The position numbers and the translations under genes are program-made. The notes beneath the pieces are model-generated. The model was not told the origin of the DNA, did not search any database, and saw only the letters and a list, made by a program, of their open reading frames with translations. From an uncultured bacterium (lineage in GTDB: Bacteria > Verrucomicrobiota > Verrucomicrobiia > Limisphaerales > UBA8199), in contig CAVVMW010000023.1 in assembly GCA_963749495.1 (NCBI GenBank), positions 736,001-800,000 on the forward strand: 64,000 nt of DNA. The letters run 5' to 3'. Position 1 is the first letter of the stretch. Each line of letters starts with the position of its first letter. Shown here piece by piece: positions 41,870 through 53,091 of the stretch.

Positions 41870-44800
41870 TTAATCCTCTCTTTCCTGGAGCTGCTGTGCG
41901 AGCGCCAGGAGTGCCGCACATACGGGCTGACGGGAATTGTGTCGTAGAACAGGGCTGAGGAATTCTCGTAGCTGCTTTTGGATTTTCTGAGCTTGACCAC
42001 GCTGCTCAGGGGAGAGTTGCGCCGTTAGAGCACGATACGCATGGCGTGCCTGGAGGCCTTCGGCTTCGCCGAAGAGAATGCCGACTGACTTGGCATGACT
42101 GGGAAAGGCATCGACTTCAGAGTCCGTCCAGGAATTCAGCGGGGCGTTCGCCACCAACTCAACTACGGATGCTATGCCGGCTTGGTGTGTGGTGGCCTGG
42201 CTGACGCGTTCCAGGAAAGACCGAAGCTCTGTATTTGTCGCGAATGGTTCGATTCGGATCGCTGCCTCCCGGAGAGCTTGCCAACCTTGGGGCTGGGGCG
42301 GGAAACCACATGCTCGCAGGAGATGGTCTTGAGCTTGGCGTAGGGTTGTTGGTGTGACGTCGCGGAGAGCCTGGAGTCTCTCGTTTAGCTTATTGAAAAA
42401 GGAATCGAGCGTGGCGGGGCCGATGCCTTCGTCGGGGATTGGGTTTAGGCCAATCGCTTGTGGCAGCTCGACAAAGAGGAAGTTCTCTGGCGATTTGGCG
42501 CTATTAAATGCCTGCCTGAGGGATTTGACTTCCTGTGGCAGGCGATTTGTGCGCCAAGCCAGTTCCGGGAGAGAGCGAACCATGGAGAAGAGCGCGCGAA
42601 CCACTGGTACGGTGGCAGGTTTGGTACTTAGTCCCTTGGCGAGGCGAGCTACTATTTCACGGCGGGCGCCTTGCACGCGCGTGCCGGCGATTGCGAATAG
42701 TTCGGGGCGACGGAGGACGGTTTCAAAATCGGCGATACCAGGGTTGGGAAGGAACGTGCCCTCACGGTACAAGGTGACTTCATCGGCATGGACGAGCATG
42801 AAGGCGCAAAGGAGTACGGGGTGGAGACCGTCCATGACTCCATGGGGCGGTGCGGCGAGCGAACGGAAGAGCTGGTCGAGAGGCTGGGGTTCGGGCTGGG
42901 GCGTAAAAACCAGGTCAGAAAGCCGCTGCCAAGCCGGGGCTAGGCGAGTGGGATGTCTGTTGGGTGGAGCAGTGAAGTGCCAGGCTCCGGAGTCGTCCTG
43001 AGCGTGGATCCCGGTGGCGTGGAGTACCGATTCGTACATGCTGCGCTCCGGGGGGTAGCCCTCGATTCCGAGAGCGGGATTAGAACCACGCGTAAGCATG
43101 GCCTCAATGAGGTTACGCCGAGCGGCAGCGGCGGCCGAAGATAGAGACCGGCGGACAATCAACTCGTTGCGAATGCGAGGAGCATTGTCGAAGAGCAAAT
43201 TGCAAACCTGGGAAAGCAGTTGCGAAACGTTAACCCGTGACTGGGCCGGCATTTGCACTCCTTGGTAGTACCATACGCATTTGCTGCCAGCGGGGTCATC
43301 GCGGGGATCGAGCAGGCGGTGAACACTTGCCTTCAACAGTTGCTCAGCGTCGGCAATGCGCAGAGCCAACTCCCGCCGGGATACTCGGTCGTCGCGAAGC
43401 TGCGGTGTGTTTTCCCAGACCCACCGCAGAGCGGCGAGTTCGGATGCTGCGGAACGAATTTCACCAATGTCCTGGGGAATGGCTATAAGGAGATTGTCGA
43501 TGCCTGGTTGAAGTGTTTTGACAAGATCCTGGTATTGCTGAACCTGACCCACTGAAGAGGAAAGGCAAACCACGACCTGCCCGTCGGAGTTCGACTTGCC
43601 TGTGGCGCTGCGCTGGAGTTCTTCGACATTATCAACATAGCTGACCGAGAAGAAACGCAAGGCGCCGGTCTCAAAACTATGACGACGCGCAACAAGAGGG
43701 AGAAGTTCCAAATAGCGCGCCAGCGTGGCGGAGAGGCCAAGAGTATGCAGAGTCCTGCGCGAGCCTTCGGCGACCTTCTCGTCGAGGTCCACGTCACTGC
43801 CCTCCCAGATACGGTAGGTTTCGTTGAATTTGCGATAGATGAGGATGGATTGATCCTTGAGCAATGCCAGACCCGTCGCCACCTCGGGACTAGGAGCAAT
43901 GGTATCGGCTAGCGCATAGTGGATGACCAGCTTGCGGGCGCTGAGCGGGCTGAATTCGCCGAGGGCGTTGAGAATGCCGATGCTTTTGACGAGCTTGACC
44001 TGGTGCGGATGAAGGGCGTCCTTTCGATCCAGAACATCGGCCGCCTCCATCCATCGCCGGGCTTGGGGCTGCCGGAACAAGCCCAGACCGAAGTTCTGGG
44101 TGAAGTAATCAAAAAGGTGCTCCAGTCGCACAAAGTGAGGATGCTCAGGGTTTAGCTCGTGGCTCCGAAGGAAGGCTTGGAAGCCAAACGGTTCTAGGCT
44201 GCTCAGGTAGGAGAAAAGACTGCGCTCGTTTTGGGCAAAGCGGCGGAACAGAAACGGCAAGGCGACCAGAGTGCAAGGATGCAACGGATAGGCGGCCAGT
44301 GCCGTGGCCTCAAAGTCGTCCCGGCGCATTCCAGAGGGGATGATTCCGCACTCCCCGCCGAGCTGGACGATGGCTGTGATCTTCCTGCGCAGCGTTTCGT
44401 CGTGTGATTGGGCCTTCCAGCGAATCGCCGACGCGATCATGCGGATCACTTGGTCGGCTGGCTCAAGAAAAGCCACGTCCTCGTAGCGTCCCTGTATTTT
44501 TGCCCATTCCCTACGGGATACCATGTCGAGATGCTGGCCATAGTCCTCGAAGGATTGGTGGAGGAGCCCAAGGAGGAGAAGCGGTTTATCGGCGCTTCGA
44601 GAAGCCTGCTCGGCAAGCTGCTGCAAGAGAAAAACGTCGGCCTTGTTCGGACTGCGGGCGGCGAACTCGAAGAGCTTGCCAAACTCGTCAATGAGCAGGA
44701 GCACACCGGAATAGCCGGCATGGATCGCAGTCGAATTAACCTCAACCAGGGCGCCAACCACGGCGGCACTGTCGAGGAAGTTGTCTCGCTGAGCCTGGCG

Positions 44801-45176
44801 GAGCAGATGGCCAAGGTTTCTGGCGGCAGATTGGAACTGACGCCCCGGTGCTAGAGAAACAGCGGCGGAGGTACCTTGGAGAATGCAGACGGACGTGGCG
44901 GCCCGGCGGGCAGTGATCAAGATGGGGAAAAAGCCCTTCCTTGATTCTTCGAACGCCTTTACTCCGAGCAACCGGCTAGCGAGGGCGGGGTCCACGCCTT
45001 GAAGTTGATGGCGTGCGGTAGTAGTGGATTCACCGGTGGGGCAGAACAGGCGAGTCAGGAAAACAGCGAAGGCGGATTTTCCGACACCGTAAGGGCCGGT
45101 GATGGTCCAGGCTCGATAAGGGGAATTGTCGCGGAGACCTTCAGCCACCCGATTGAGGACCTGGCGGGCGGTGGGA
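41870..45176 (-). pseudogene. SspC-like ATPase, 3' part, interrupted by an ISAs1-like IS
   Basis: TGPYGVGKS, LIDEFGK, YPLHP, FAQNERSLF; joins 47372-47493 in frame (about 1142 aa). Confidence 0.85.
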
Positions 45177-45186
45177 GTGACGATGT

Positions 45187-47371
45187 CACGGCTTCGGCGG
45201 ATCATTGCGTAAGTTGTTGCTGATCAATTGGATATAACGTGGGACTGGACAAAGCCCCCCGAGGCTGCCAAACTCGGCGGCATGATTTGTCCTGCACAGA
45301 TAAAACGGACCTCCAAACCTGAGGACCTCGTCACCCAAATCCTCCGAGAGACCACCGATAAGACGATCACCGTCGAGTTGGTCAAGAGCCTTGAGGAGGA
45401 AGCTCGGTGGAACAAACTGATCCGAAAACACCATTACCTCAAAGAGCATCGCATGGTCGGCGAGTCGCTTCGCTATGTGATCAAGAAAAAGGGGCGATGG
45501 ATCGGCCTGTTGGGTTGGTCCAGCGCCGCCTTCCATCTGCGGCCCCGCGATGCCTGGATCGGCTGGACCGACGCTCAGCGACAGGCCGGACGCCACCTGC
45601 TGGCCTGCAACGCTCGCTTCGCGCTGCTTAGGCCCAAAGGCCGCTCGCCCAACCTGGCTTCCCACTGCCTGAGCCTCAACCTCCAGCGCCTCAGTGCCGA
45701 CTGGCTGGAACACTACGGCCACCCCATCGCCTTGGTCGAAACCTATGTGGACCCCAAACGGTTCGAAGGCACCTGTTATCGTGCCGCCAATTGGTTTGAA
45801 ATCGGCGTGACCAAAGGCTGGGGACGCTCCCGCCTGGATTTCTATCAACTCCACCAGCAGCCCAAAGCCATCTTCGTGTATCCGCTGGTCCGCAACGCCC
45901 GCCAGATCCTCTCGGCTCCGCTCATGCCGGCAGCTTGGGCGCCCTATCGCCGAGAGCCCCCGCCTCAGGAATATCCTTTGAGCGGAAAACAAACCCAAAG
46001 CTTGCTCCACGCCCTGGCCCCACTCCACGACCCCCGCCGCTACCGGGGTTGGCGCCATCGCCGCGTCGCCTCCATTGTGGCCATTGCTGCCGCCGCGATG
46101 ATTGCGGGCAACAACTCCCTGATCGATATCGGCGAGTTCTCCCAGTCCCTCAACCAAAACCAACTCCGCAGCCTGCGCGCCTGCCGTTGCCGCAAGACCC
46201 GCAAGTTCATCCCTCCCAGCGAAACGACCATCCGCCGAATCCTCCAGCGCCTGGACCCGACAGAATTGGACAGGCTGATCAACGATTGGCTGCGCTCCCA
46301 CCTCAAGAACGCGGGCATCGCCGCACTGGCCGTCGATGGCAAATGTGCCCGCACCGCCACCAAAATCAACGGACAAGGCATCCAACTCTTCGGCGCCCTG
46401 GACACCCAAACCCAACTCTTTTGCCGCCAAATCCAAATCCCGGCCAAGACCAATGAAATACCCACCCTCAAGGACCTGCTCCGGGACTTGGACCTGCGCG
46501 GCACCTTGGTCAGCGCCGACGCGCTCAATACTCAGACCGCCACCGCCGACCATGTGGTCGAGGAAAAAAAGGCCGACTACCTCCTGGTCGTCAAAGCCAA
46601 TCAACCCAAGCTCTTCGACAAACTGGCCCGCCTGTCTCACGCGCCGAAAGGCGTTTTTTCCCCCTGAGCACATCACGATTGACCAAGGCCATGGACGGCA
46701 TGAAACCCGCGAGGTCTGGCCCTTTGAAGTCACACCCCAACAGTGCGGCTTCCCACACGCCCTCCAAGCCGCCGTCATCGTGCGCACTACTCACCATCTC
46801 AAAGCCGTTCGCGTTACCGAAGAGGCCGAACTGGTCTTGAGCAGCCGCCCCAATGCGCAGATGGATGCGGCGCAATTGCAGGCCTTTCGCCGTGGCCATT
46901 GGAGCATCGAGTCGGTCCACTACGTGCGCGATGTCACTTTCGGCGAAGATGCTTGCACCGTCCGCACCGGCCACGGCCCGCAAAACCTGGGTGCCTTGCG
47001 CAACCTGGTCATCGGCCTCTGTGCCCTGGATGCTGCCCGCCAGCACAAAGCCACCTCCTATCTGCCACGCTTTCGCTGTGCCGCCAGGAACAATCGCCGC
47101 TTGGCCATCGACCTGGTCGGTCGTCCTCTGCTCAATAACACCTGATGGGGTGCTCCCCTGAGTCTGAGCATCGGTTCGGCTCTGATCGGTCTGGTCTCTC
47201 TGCATGCCGGACGTTTCTATGGCTTCCCACATTGCTGCCCGGATCTGAGCAAATCCTTCCTATAACAGCCTGGCAATTGACAGTGCGCGAGCCGTTGTGG
47301 CGACAAGATCCTCGCCTGCGCTCACGCCCCGATTCCACCCGACAAGGGCCGTTCTAAACGCCGAAGCCGTG
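45187..47371 (+). mobile_element. ISAs1-family element with a DUF4338-fused transposase
   Basis: IR CACGGCTTCGGCG / CGCCGAAGCCGTG; 10-bp target duplication GTGACGATGT at 45177-45186 and 47372-47381. Confidence 0.92.
45228..47145 (+). CDS. DUF4338-ISAs1 transposase fusion encoded in two frames (shift at TTTTTTCCCCC near 46660)
   Basis: DUF4338 motifs (HHYL, RDAWIGW, ETYVD, CYRAANW), then LAVDGK, KTNEIP, ADALNTQ, VKANQP; second frame carries GHGRHETR and RGHWSIE..HYVRDVTFGED. Confidence 0.88.
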
Positions 47372-47493
47372 GTGACGATGTAGTCGCCATTTCGTTGGCC
47401 GCCAGCGTAGTCCTTTTCGAGATTGACCGATCGCAGAAAGCGGGCGCGGACCTGAACACAATCAGAGAGGGTTTGGCAGGGGGCTGGTTTCAT
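47372..47493 (-). pseudogene. 5' end of the SspC-like ATPase
   Basis: MKPAPCQTLSDCVQVRARFLRSVNLEKD...YIVT, continuing as PTARQVL after the IS. Confidence 0.85.
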
Positions 47494-47498
47494 CGGGC

Positions 47499-48425
47499 CT
47501 ACGTTCGGTAGTGGCTTTCGAGAAGCCGCATGGAGTCGAGTTTTTGGCGCCGATAGATCTGCTTGAGCCCGGCCGTTTCGTCAAGCGCGATAACGCCTCC
47601 GGTCATGTCCTCGATGGCCTCGATGTACTCAACGAGGCTGTTTTCATCCAGCTTGAAGGCTTGCCCGGGGCTTTCGATGCCGTATAAGCACTCCTGAACG
47701 CTCATGGGATTGCGCTCGGACTTGCTTCTGGCGAAATACTCGTCCAGCGCAACGACAAAAACGGCGGCAGGGAGTGACGGTTTGGGGCCAATGGCAAAGC
47801 GGAAAAACTCGCCGTCCGGGGATGCCTGCATGAGGCCGAGTTCCTGGAGTGGACAATCAAAGGTCTCTTCGGCGACTTCAGGACGAGTCCCATTGCGCAC
47901 CGGCAGATACGTTCTGAGGAGGCAATCAATGTCGCGGGCGAGCGACGATTCGCGGACTCGGATCGAGTGCTTTTCGGCAAACGACTTCACGAAATCAACC
48001 AGTTCGCGCTTTGAAAAATCAGGCCGGTGGAAGTGGCCAAAAGCCAGTTGCCAGCTCGTGCCAATGGTCGGATTAGAGACCAGCAGCCAATGAACGAGCC
48101 ACAGCGAAGCGTCGTTCTCCAGGAACGGGTCCCATCCTCCCTTCAACAAGAGCCGTTTTGCGAGGGTGGAGGGTTGAAAGACGCGCTTAGTGGCGTCTTC
48201 GGGGGCGGGTTTCTCCTCGAGCATCTGGGTCGCCAAACACCAATGGCGGATGCTCTCAACCATATTCTTGCCCACGCCCAAATGAACAATGGCGTCCTCG
48301 GCCGAGAAGATGTCCGGGGATTCAGCGGCTGACTTCACACCTTTCTCGATCCAGCCGTAGCGGAAGGCGAACGTCTGGTGGCCTGAGAACTTCATCTTTT
48401 TTGCAGCTCCGGACATCTCGGACAT
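47499..48425 (-). CDS. DUF4007 family protein (SspB-like nickase)
   Basis: FSGHQTFAFRYGW, LGVGKNMVESIRHW, WDPFLE..SLWLVHW, CPLQELGL, ETAGLKQ. Confidence 0.88.
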   Translation of the reverse strand: MSEMSGAAKKMKFSGHQTFAFRYGWIEKGVKSAAESPDIFSAEDAIVHLGVGKNMVESIRHWCLATQMLEEKPAPEDATKRVFQPSTLAKRLLLKGGWDPFLENDASLWLVHWLLVSNPTIGTSWQLAFGHFHRPDFSKRELVDFVKSFAEKHSIRVRESSLARDIDCLLRTYLPVRNGTRPEVAEETFDCPLQELGLMQASPDGEFFRFAIGPKPSLPAAVFVVALDEYFARSKSERNPMSVQECLYGIESPGQAFKLDENSLVEYIEAIEDMTGGVIALDETAGLKQIYRRQKLDSMRLLESHYRT

Positions 48426-49984
48426 ATTGATACTTGCGAAAATCGCGCCGTTCCATGCAGATTGCCGTTCAACAGACCAATGCCCCTGCGAACTTGTATA
48501 CGGCTCATGTTGTATGCTGAATCGCAGGGTTCTGCAATTCTTTTGCGATTGGAGCTTCTGGAGAGCCGGGTGCGCTTATTCAGGCCGAAGAGGGCGGCGT
48601 GAATGGATATTGCCAGGGTCGGTGATCGGGTGGCCCGGGGTGGCCCCGGCACGGGCAGGCATATGCGCATGGCGACGGCTTCCTATGGCTGGGCGCTTGG
48701 GGCGGTCCGTTCGGCATCGCAGCGAAGCTGGGCGCCGTCGAGCAACGTCCGGCTCATGAGCCTGGACATGGAAAGTGAGGCCAAATACGCCGGTTTTCTT
48801 TCAGGGTAAGCAAGGGGCCGAGGCGTTTCCCCCTTTACTGCTCTTGGAACCGTTTTCTGGCACGCCGACTGCTTTCATCAACCGATTTACGGAGGTTTTT
48901 TCGCCGGGTGTCGTAGGGCAAGCCGTCCAGCCACAGACTATCTGCCAGAGCCGCCGTTTCCCGTTCCCCGCCCTATGGGCCCAGGCGAAACGGAAACGGG
49001 AAACGACGCCTTGGGTCCACGCAACGGCACGCCTTGCCAAACTTTGCTGGAGCAAGCCAAAGGCGTTAAATCCCGGGCAGTCCGGGGGGACAGCGCCCCC
49101 CAGGACCACTCCGCTGAGCGCCGAGCTTGGCTTGATCGGTTGGAGCAAGCGCCCTCTGCCTGACAAACTGCGCACGGCCTGCGGTTCGAGACGGTTGCTG
49201 ACCTACCTGCCAGAGGACTGGGCTGAGCAGGCACTTGGGGGCGCACCTCCTCTGCCGGCAGACTCAAGGTCGCAGATGTTCTCATCGGTATCGCGCCTAA
49301 GCAAGAGAAGCCGGTGGCGTGACGTCCGCCAGGCACTGCAGGCAGGGCGTTGGAAGGAATGACGCGGCCGGTGCGTTGCGACATCTCACATAAATTCAAG
49401 GAAGATGCGCGACGCCGGGGCGCCAGGCGGGCACTTGAGGCGAGCGCGGTGCCCCAGACCCGCGCCTCCGGGTCGAACAGACCAGCGCATCGCTTCAGTC
49501 GCTGGTCGGGATGGATGTCGAAGGAGTCGGTGCCAGGTTGGCCCGGACCTGATTCCCGTAGCCGAGAACCAACCGGCCGACGTTGGACCTCCCCAGTTCC
49601 GGACAACCCGCCTGGACGCCGGGATCACGGTAGCGCATGGCGGACCTGGGCAAGGCGCTGAACTGGCCTCCCTTGCGCAGACACCAGCCCAGATGCCGGC
49701 GCACGGTGCTGGCCGGCTCGCATTCCTGAGGCGCGTGCCGAAGTTGGACGAACTCTAAATGAACCGGCTGATCGGGACGGTCCGCCAAGTCCAGCGGAAA
49801 TTGCCGGGTGAGCCCCTGCAACTGCCTCCGGCCCAGACCCGCCAGCGCCAGCGAGCGCAGGAGGGTCGAAGTAGCGGGCACCCGCTAGCAGAACGTTCCA
49901 CCGGCGGAGACGCCCCGGCCCAAGCGTGAAATCATATTCACGATTGTCCAGGTACCGGACGTTCGCCACCAAGAGCCGTTCAAA

Positions 49985-50581
49985 GTGCATGTGAAGCAGG
50001 TTGCCTCGGAGACTCTCCTCAGAATCTGCCAGGAAGGCGCCAGATTTCCAACGCTGGACACCGGACTCCGGGGCAAGCTCGGGTTGTCTCATGAGGACAT
50101 GGGGCTTCCGCTGAGAACCTTCCGCAAGCTCCCGGTCGCCGGGGTCGGACTGGTGATCACCGAGAACCTGATGAATTTCGAGACCCTTCCCGGCGTTGAA
50201 GGAGCGCTGGCCATCTTCGGCGGCGGCAACGCCGCGGAAATCCTGATCACGGTTGACTGGCTCATGGACTGCAACGTTCTTTACTGGGGCGACATTGATG
50301 AGCACGGCTTTCACATTCTCTCGCGGCTGCGGCACAGGTTTCCCGGCATCCGAAGCCTCATGATGGAGGCCGACCCCCTCAAGGCCTTCCACGGCCTGGC
50401 CGGCAAAGGGGAACGCGTCGGGAAACCTCCGGCCAATTTGACCGCTTCGGAGAACGACGCCTACGCGGAGGTCGCGCGGAAAAATCTTCGGCTCGAGCAG
50501 GAGAAGATCCCGCATGCCTACGCCCTGCAGGTGTTGGCCAAGGCGCTGGCAACGTCCCCTGCAAAGCAGCAGACGAGGTAA
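49985..50581 (+). pseudogene. Wadjet JetD-like Toprim (DUF2220) C-terminal remnant
   Basis: ITENLMNF, FGGG, YWGDIDEHGFHI, RLEQEKI; N-terminal half missing and no jetABC nearby. Confidence 0.75.
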
Positions 50582-50796
50582 ACGCGGAGCGGGAGGCACC
50601 CGCGGTCCAATCGTGAATCCCGTGCGGATCTTCCTCGAGGTCTCCTCAAGCTGACCGAAGCCGGCACGAGGAAGAGACCTGCCGGCACGGGCTTTCTCTG
50701 ACATTCCAATCCCATGCGGCATGAAGCTCAAAACACCAGGCAGGGCCTTATAATGGGGAATACCGCCTCGGGCGGAAACGGATCGAACATTGAACT

Positions 50797-51312
50797 ATGA
50801 AGCCACGACTACTGGCAGCCCTCGCAGCGGCGTCCTGTCTGGTCGGGTGCGGCACGACCCACCTGCAGGATGAAGACGAACGCGCGGTATTCAACCGAAC
50901 CCAGGAGGTCGGCAGCAAGCTCGCCGTCGAGCTAAGCCGCAAGAACCCCAAGGCGGTCGTGATGGTTACCAGCTTCCAGACCGCCAACGACCTCCAGCAA
51001 ACGGACGGATTCGGCCGGATCGCCGCCGAACAGGTTGCCGGGTGTCTGGCCAGGAGAGGGTTGCGCGTGGTCGAGGTGCGGCTGAGGAACCCTGAGGATC
51101 CGCCCGGCCGGAACTCCCAAACGCCGGCGGAGTTTGCTCTGTCGCGCGATGCCAAAAAGATCGCCCAAGAAGCCAAGGCCGATTACGTGGTGACCGGGGT
51201 TTACGCGCACGGCAAGTTCAACAGCATCGTGGCGCTCAGAGCCATGGATACGAATGGTGTGGTCCAGGCTTCTTACAATTACACGGTGCCGGCGCGCCTC
51301 ACCCCCCGGTGA
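50797..51312 (+). CDS. FlgO-like outer-membrane lipoprotein
   Basis: Lipobox LVGC; VTSF..NDLQQT..FGRIAAEQ, EFALSRD, YVVTGVY. Confidence 0.75.
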   Translation: MKPRLLAALAAASCLVGCGTTHLQDEDERAVFNRTQEVGSKLAVELSRKNPKAVVMVTSFQTANDLQQTDGFGRIAAEQVAGCLARRGLRVVEVRLRNPEDPPGRNSQTPAEFALSRDAKKIAQEAKADYVVTGVYAHGKFNSIVALRAMDTNGVVQASYNYTVPARLTPR

Positions 51313-51487
51313 CCTGACGAAACGGGGCCTTATCGGGTGCGTGCAGCTTTGAGTATGGCGCTCCGGTCCCAATCAAAGCTGACGGTTGCCGGCATAGGCC
51401 GCCCGGCACGGGGGATTCAACAGTCAAGGGGGCGGCCTTTGACGGGGCCGAGGAAGAGCCTACGGCCAAAATCCACCGCCGACGCGA

Positions 51488-52474
51488 ATGAGGAATCCCA
51501 ACGCCATCAGACCGCAGGCGCAGGAGCTCAACGAAAGCATCCGTCGGCCGGAGGACATTCTTAAGCTCCCGGTGGGGCCGGTCATGGTCGAGCCGAAATT
51601 CGACGGCTCTTTCGCCTACATCACGCGGGATCGCGCCACGGGGGAGACCGTGATCTGCACCAGGGATGGAAACCAAATCCAGCTTGAACCGGCAGTCCAA
51701 AACTTCATCGGCCATCACTTTGCGCCCTTGACGGAGCACTTCCTCTTCGAAGCCGAGATCGAGCCCTCACCCTGGACGGAAACCAACAAGGTCCTCTTGA
51801 ACGGCAATCTCTACACCGCCAAGCCAATGCCATTTCAGATTCACCTTGTGGTGCATGATGTGCTGCCCATGGACGAGATCGGAAAGCCCGCATCCAAGGC
51901 GCGCGAACGTTACGGTTTGATGCGCAGCCTGGCCGGTGTGGCGGAAGAAGTGAAGCTGGCGCAACCGTACGTCTGGGACAAAAGCGAGCGCGCCAGTATC
52001 TGTATTACGCCTTGTCAGGAGCTCACGCTGGGCGAGGCCGCCGAGTTGTTTCGCCAGGGGTGGGAGGCCGGGAAGGCCCGGAAGCGCGTCATGGTGGCCG
52101 GGCTTCCCTACGAGGGCATCGTGCTCGTGAACCCGGAAAGCCTGCACAAAGGCGGCCGGAGCAACAAATGGAAGGTGAAGCCGTTTCACACCCTGGACAT
52201 CCGGGTCACGGAACTCAGGGCAGGGCACAGCGGCACAGTCCCGCTCTTCGAGGTCCACGGGTACGACACCAAGACCGGCGACACCGCCAAGATCACCAGC
52301 GGAATCAGTCCCGAAATGTTTGCGGCGCTCGAGCGCACCGAAAAGCGATATGCCGCCATGGTCGTCGAGGCAGAGGTTTCCTCGCTCAAAGATCTGAACG
52401 CCGCCAACCCGACCCTCTTGACGATCCGCTACGACAAGATGGGCTCGCCGAAACCGGAGCCAGAACTGGTTTGA
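51488..52474 (+). CDS. Minimal ATP-dependent DNA ligase-like nucleotidyltransferase
   Basis: Motif I EPKFDG, III FEAEI, IIIa VHDVL, IV YEGIV, V WKVKP, followed by an OB-like tail ending IRYDK. Confidence 0.78.
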   Translation: MRNPNAIRPQAQELNESIRRPEDILKLPVGPVMVEPKFDGSFAYITRDRATGETVICTRDGNQIQLEPAVQNFIGHHFAPLTEHFLFEAEIEPSPWTETNKVLLNGNLYTAKPMPFQIHLVVHDVLPMDEIGKPASKARERYGLMRSLAGVAEEVKLAQPYVWDKSERASICITPCQELTLGEAAELFRQGWEAGKARKRVMVAGLPYEGIVLVNPESLHKGGRSNKWKVKPFHTLDIRVTELRAGHSGTVPLFEVHGYDTKTGDTAKITSGISPEMFAALERTEKRYAAMVVEAEVSSLKDLNAANPTLLTIRYDKMGSPKPEPELV

Positions 52475-52557
52475 GAGACTCGCAATCTCCCTCCTCGCGT
52501 GAACGCTGTGCCCGCAATGCCGGGGAGGCGCTCGTCGGACCAGGCCAAACACAAAGC

Positions 52558-52857
52558 ATGAGCGACACATTCCACTACACGTTCAAGTGCCCCAGGTGTG
52601 AATGCCCGACTTTTGAGGAGATTCTCACCGGGGTGACGCAGAGCACCGTTTTCCAGCGGGTCAATTGCGACGACGGCTTCGCGGAGCCTGACTACCAGAA
52701 CACCTCAACGGAAGGCGGAGAAATCAACCGTTACCAATGCCAAAGCTGCGGTTTTGTCCTGTGCAATGAGCGCGGGGAAACCATTAAGGATCCTCAGGCC
52801 CTGCGGCAGTGGGCGGAGAAACACGGCCACAAGCACCCCGAGGATTCACCGGGTTAG
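52558..52857 (+). CDS. Small zinc-ribbon protein
   Basis: CPRC and CQSC pairs in 99 aa. Confidence 0.6.
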   Translation: MSDTFHYTFKCPRCECPTFEEILTGVTQSTVFQRVNCDDGFAEPDYQNTSTEGGEINRYQCQSCGFVLCNERGETIKDPQALRQWAEKHGHKHPEDSPG

Positions 52858-52873
52858 CTGGTTAGCTCGAACG

Positions 52874-52901
52874 GAAGGGTTCGACTCCCTTCACCCGCTC
52901 C
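52874..52901 (+). other. tRNA-Gly-like 3' fragment (T-arm plus acceptor strand), possible att site
   Basis: AAGGG-TTCGACT-CCCTT-CACCCGCTCC resembles a tRNA-Gly 3' end; no matching 5' half upstream. Confidence 0.6.
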
Positions 52902-53091
52902 CTCCCTCTGGCTCAACCACGTGCGCGAGACTCCTCGGAAGATTTACAGCAGCAGCTACAGCGAATTCGCCCTCGTGAGGGGGCGTTCGCCGACGCAAAA
53001 TGGGTCAGTGGCAGGATCGATGGAGATGAGTCACGCCGTAAGGGTTTCGACTGCATAGCGCACCGGCCGACGGTCACAGTGACGAGGATTC

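Noticed and set aside
45186..46787. 533-aa minus-strand ORF
   Set aside because: Antisense of the DUF4338-ISAs1 transposase.
23896..48425. BREX type 4
   Set aside because: No pglZ or brxL recognisable; the gene set fits an Ssp-type PT system better.
48427..49900. Several short overlapping ORFs
   Set aside because: No motifs or consistent coding signal; probably decayed sequence.
49985..50581. Functional Wadjet system
   Set aside because: Only a C-terminal jetD fragment; no jetABC.
52850..52905. Complete tRNA gene
   Set aside because: No D-arm, anticodon arm or pairing 5' acceptor strand could be built.
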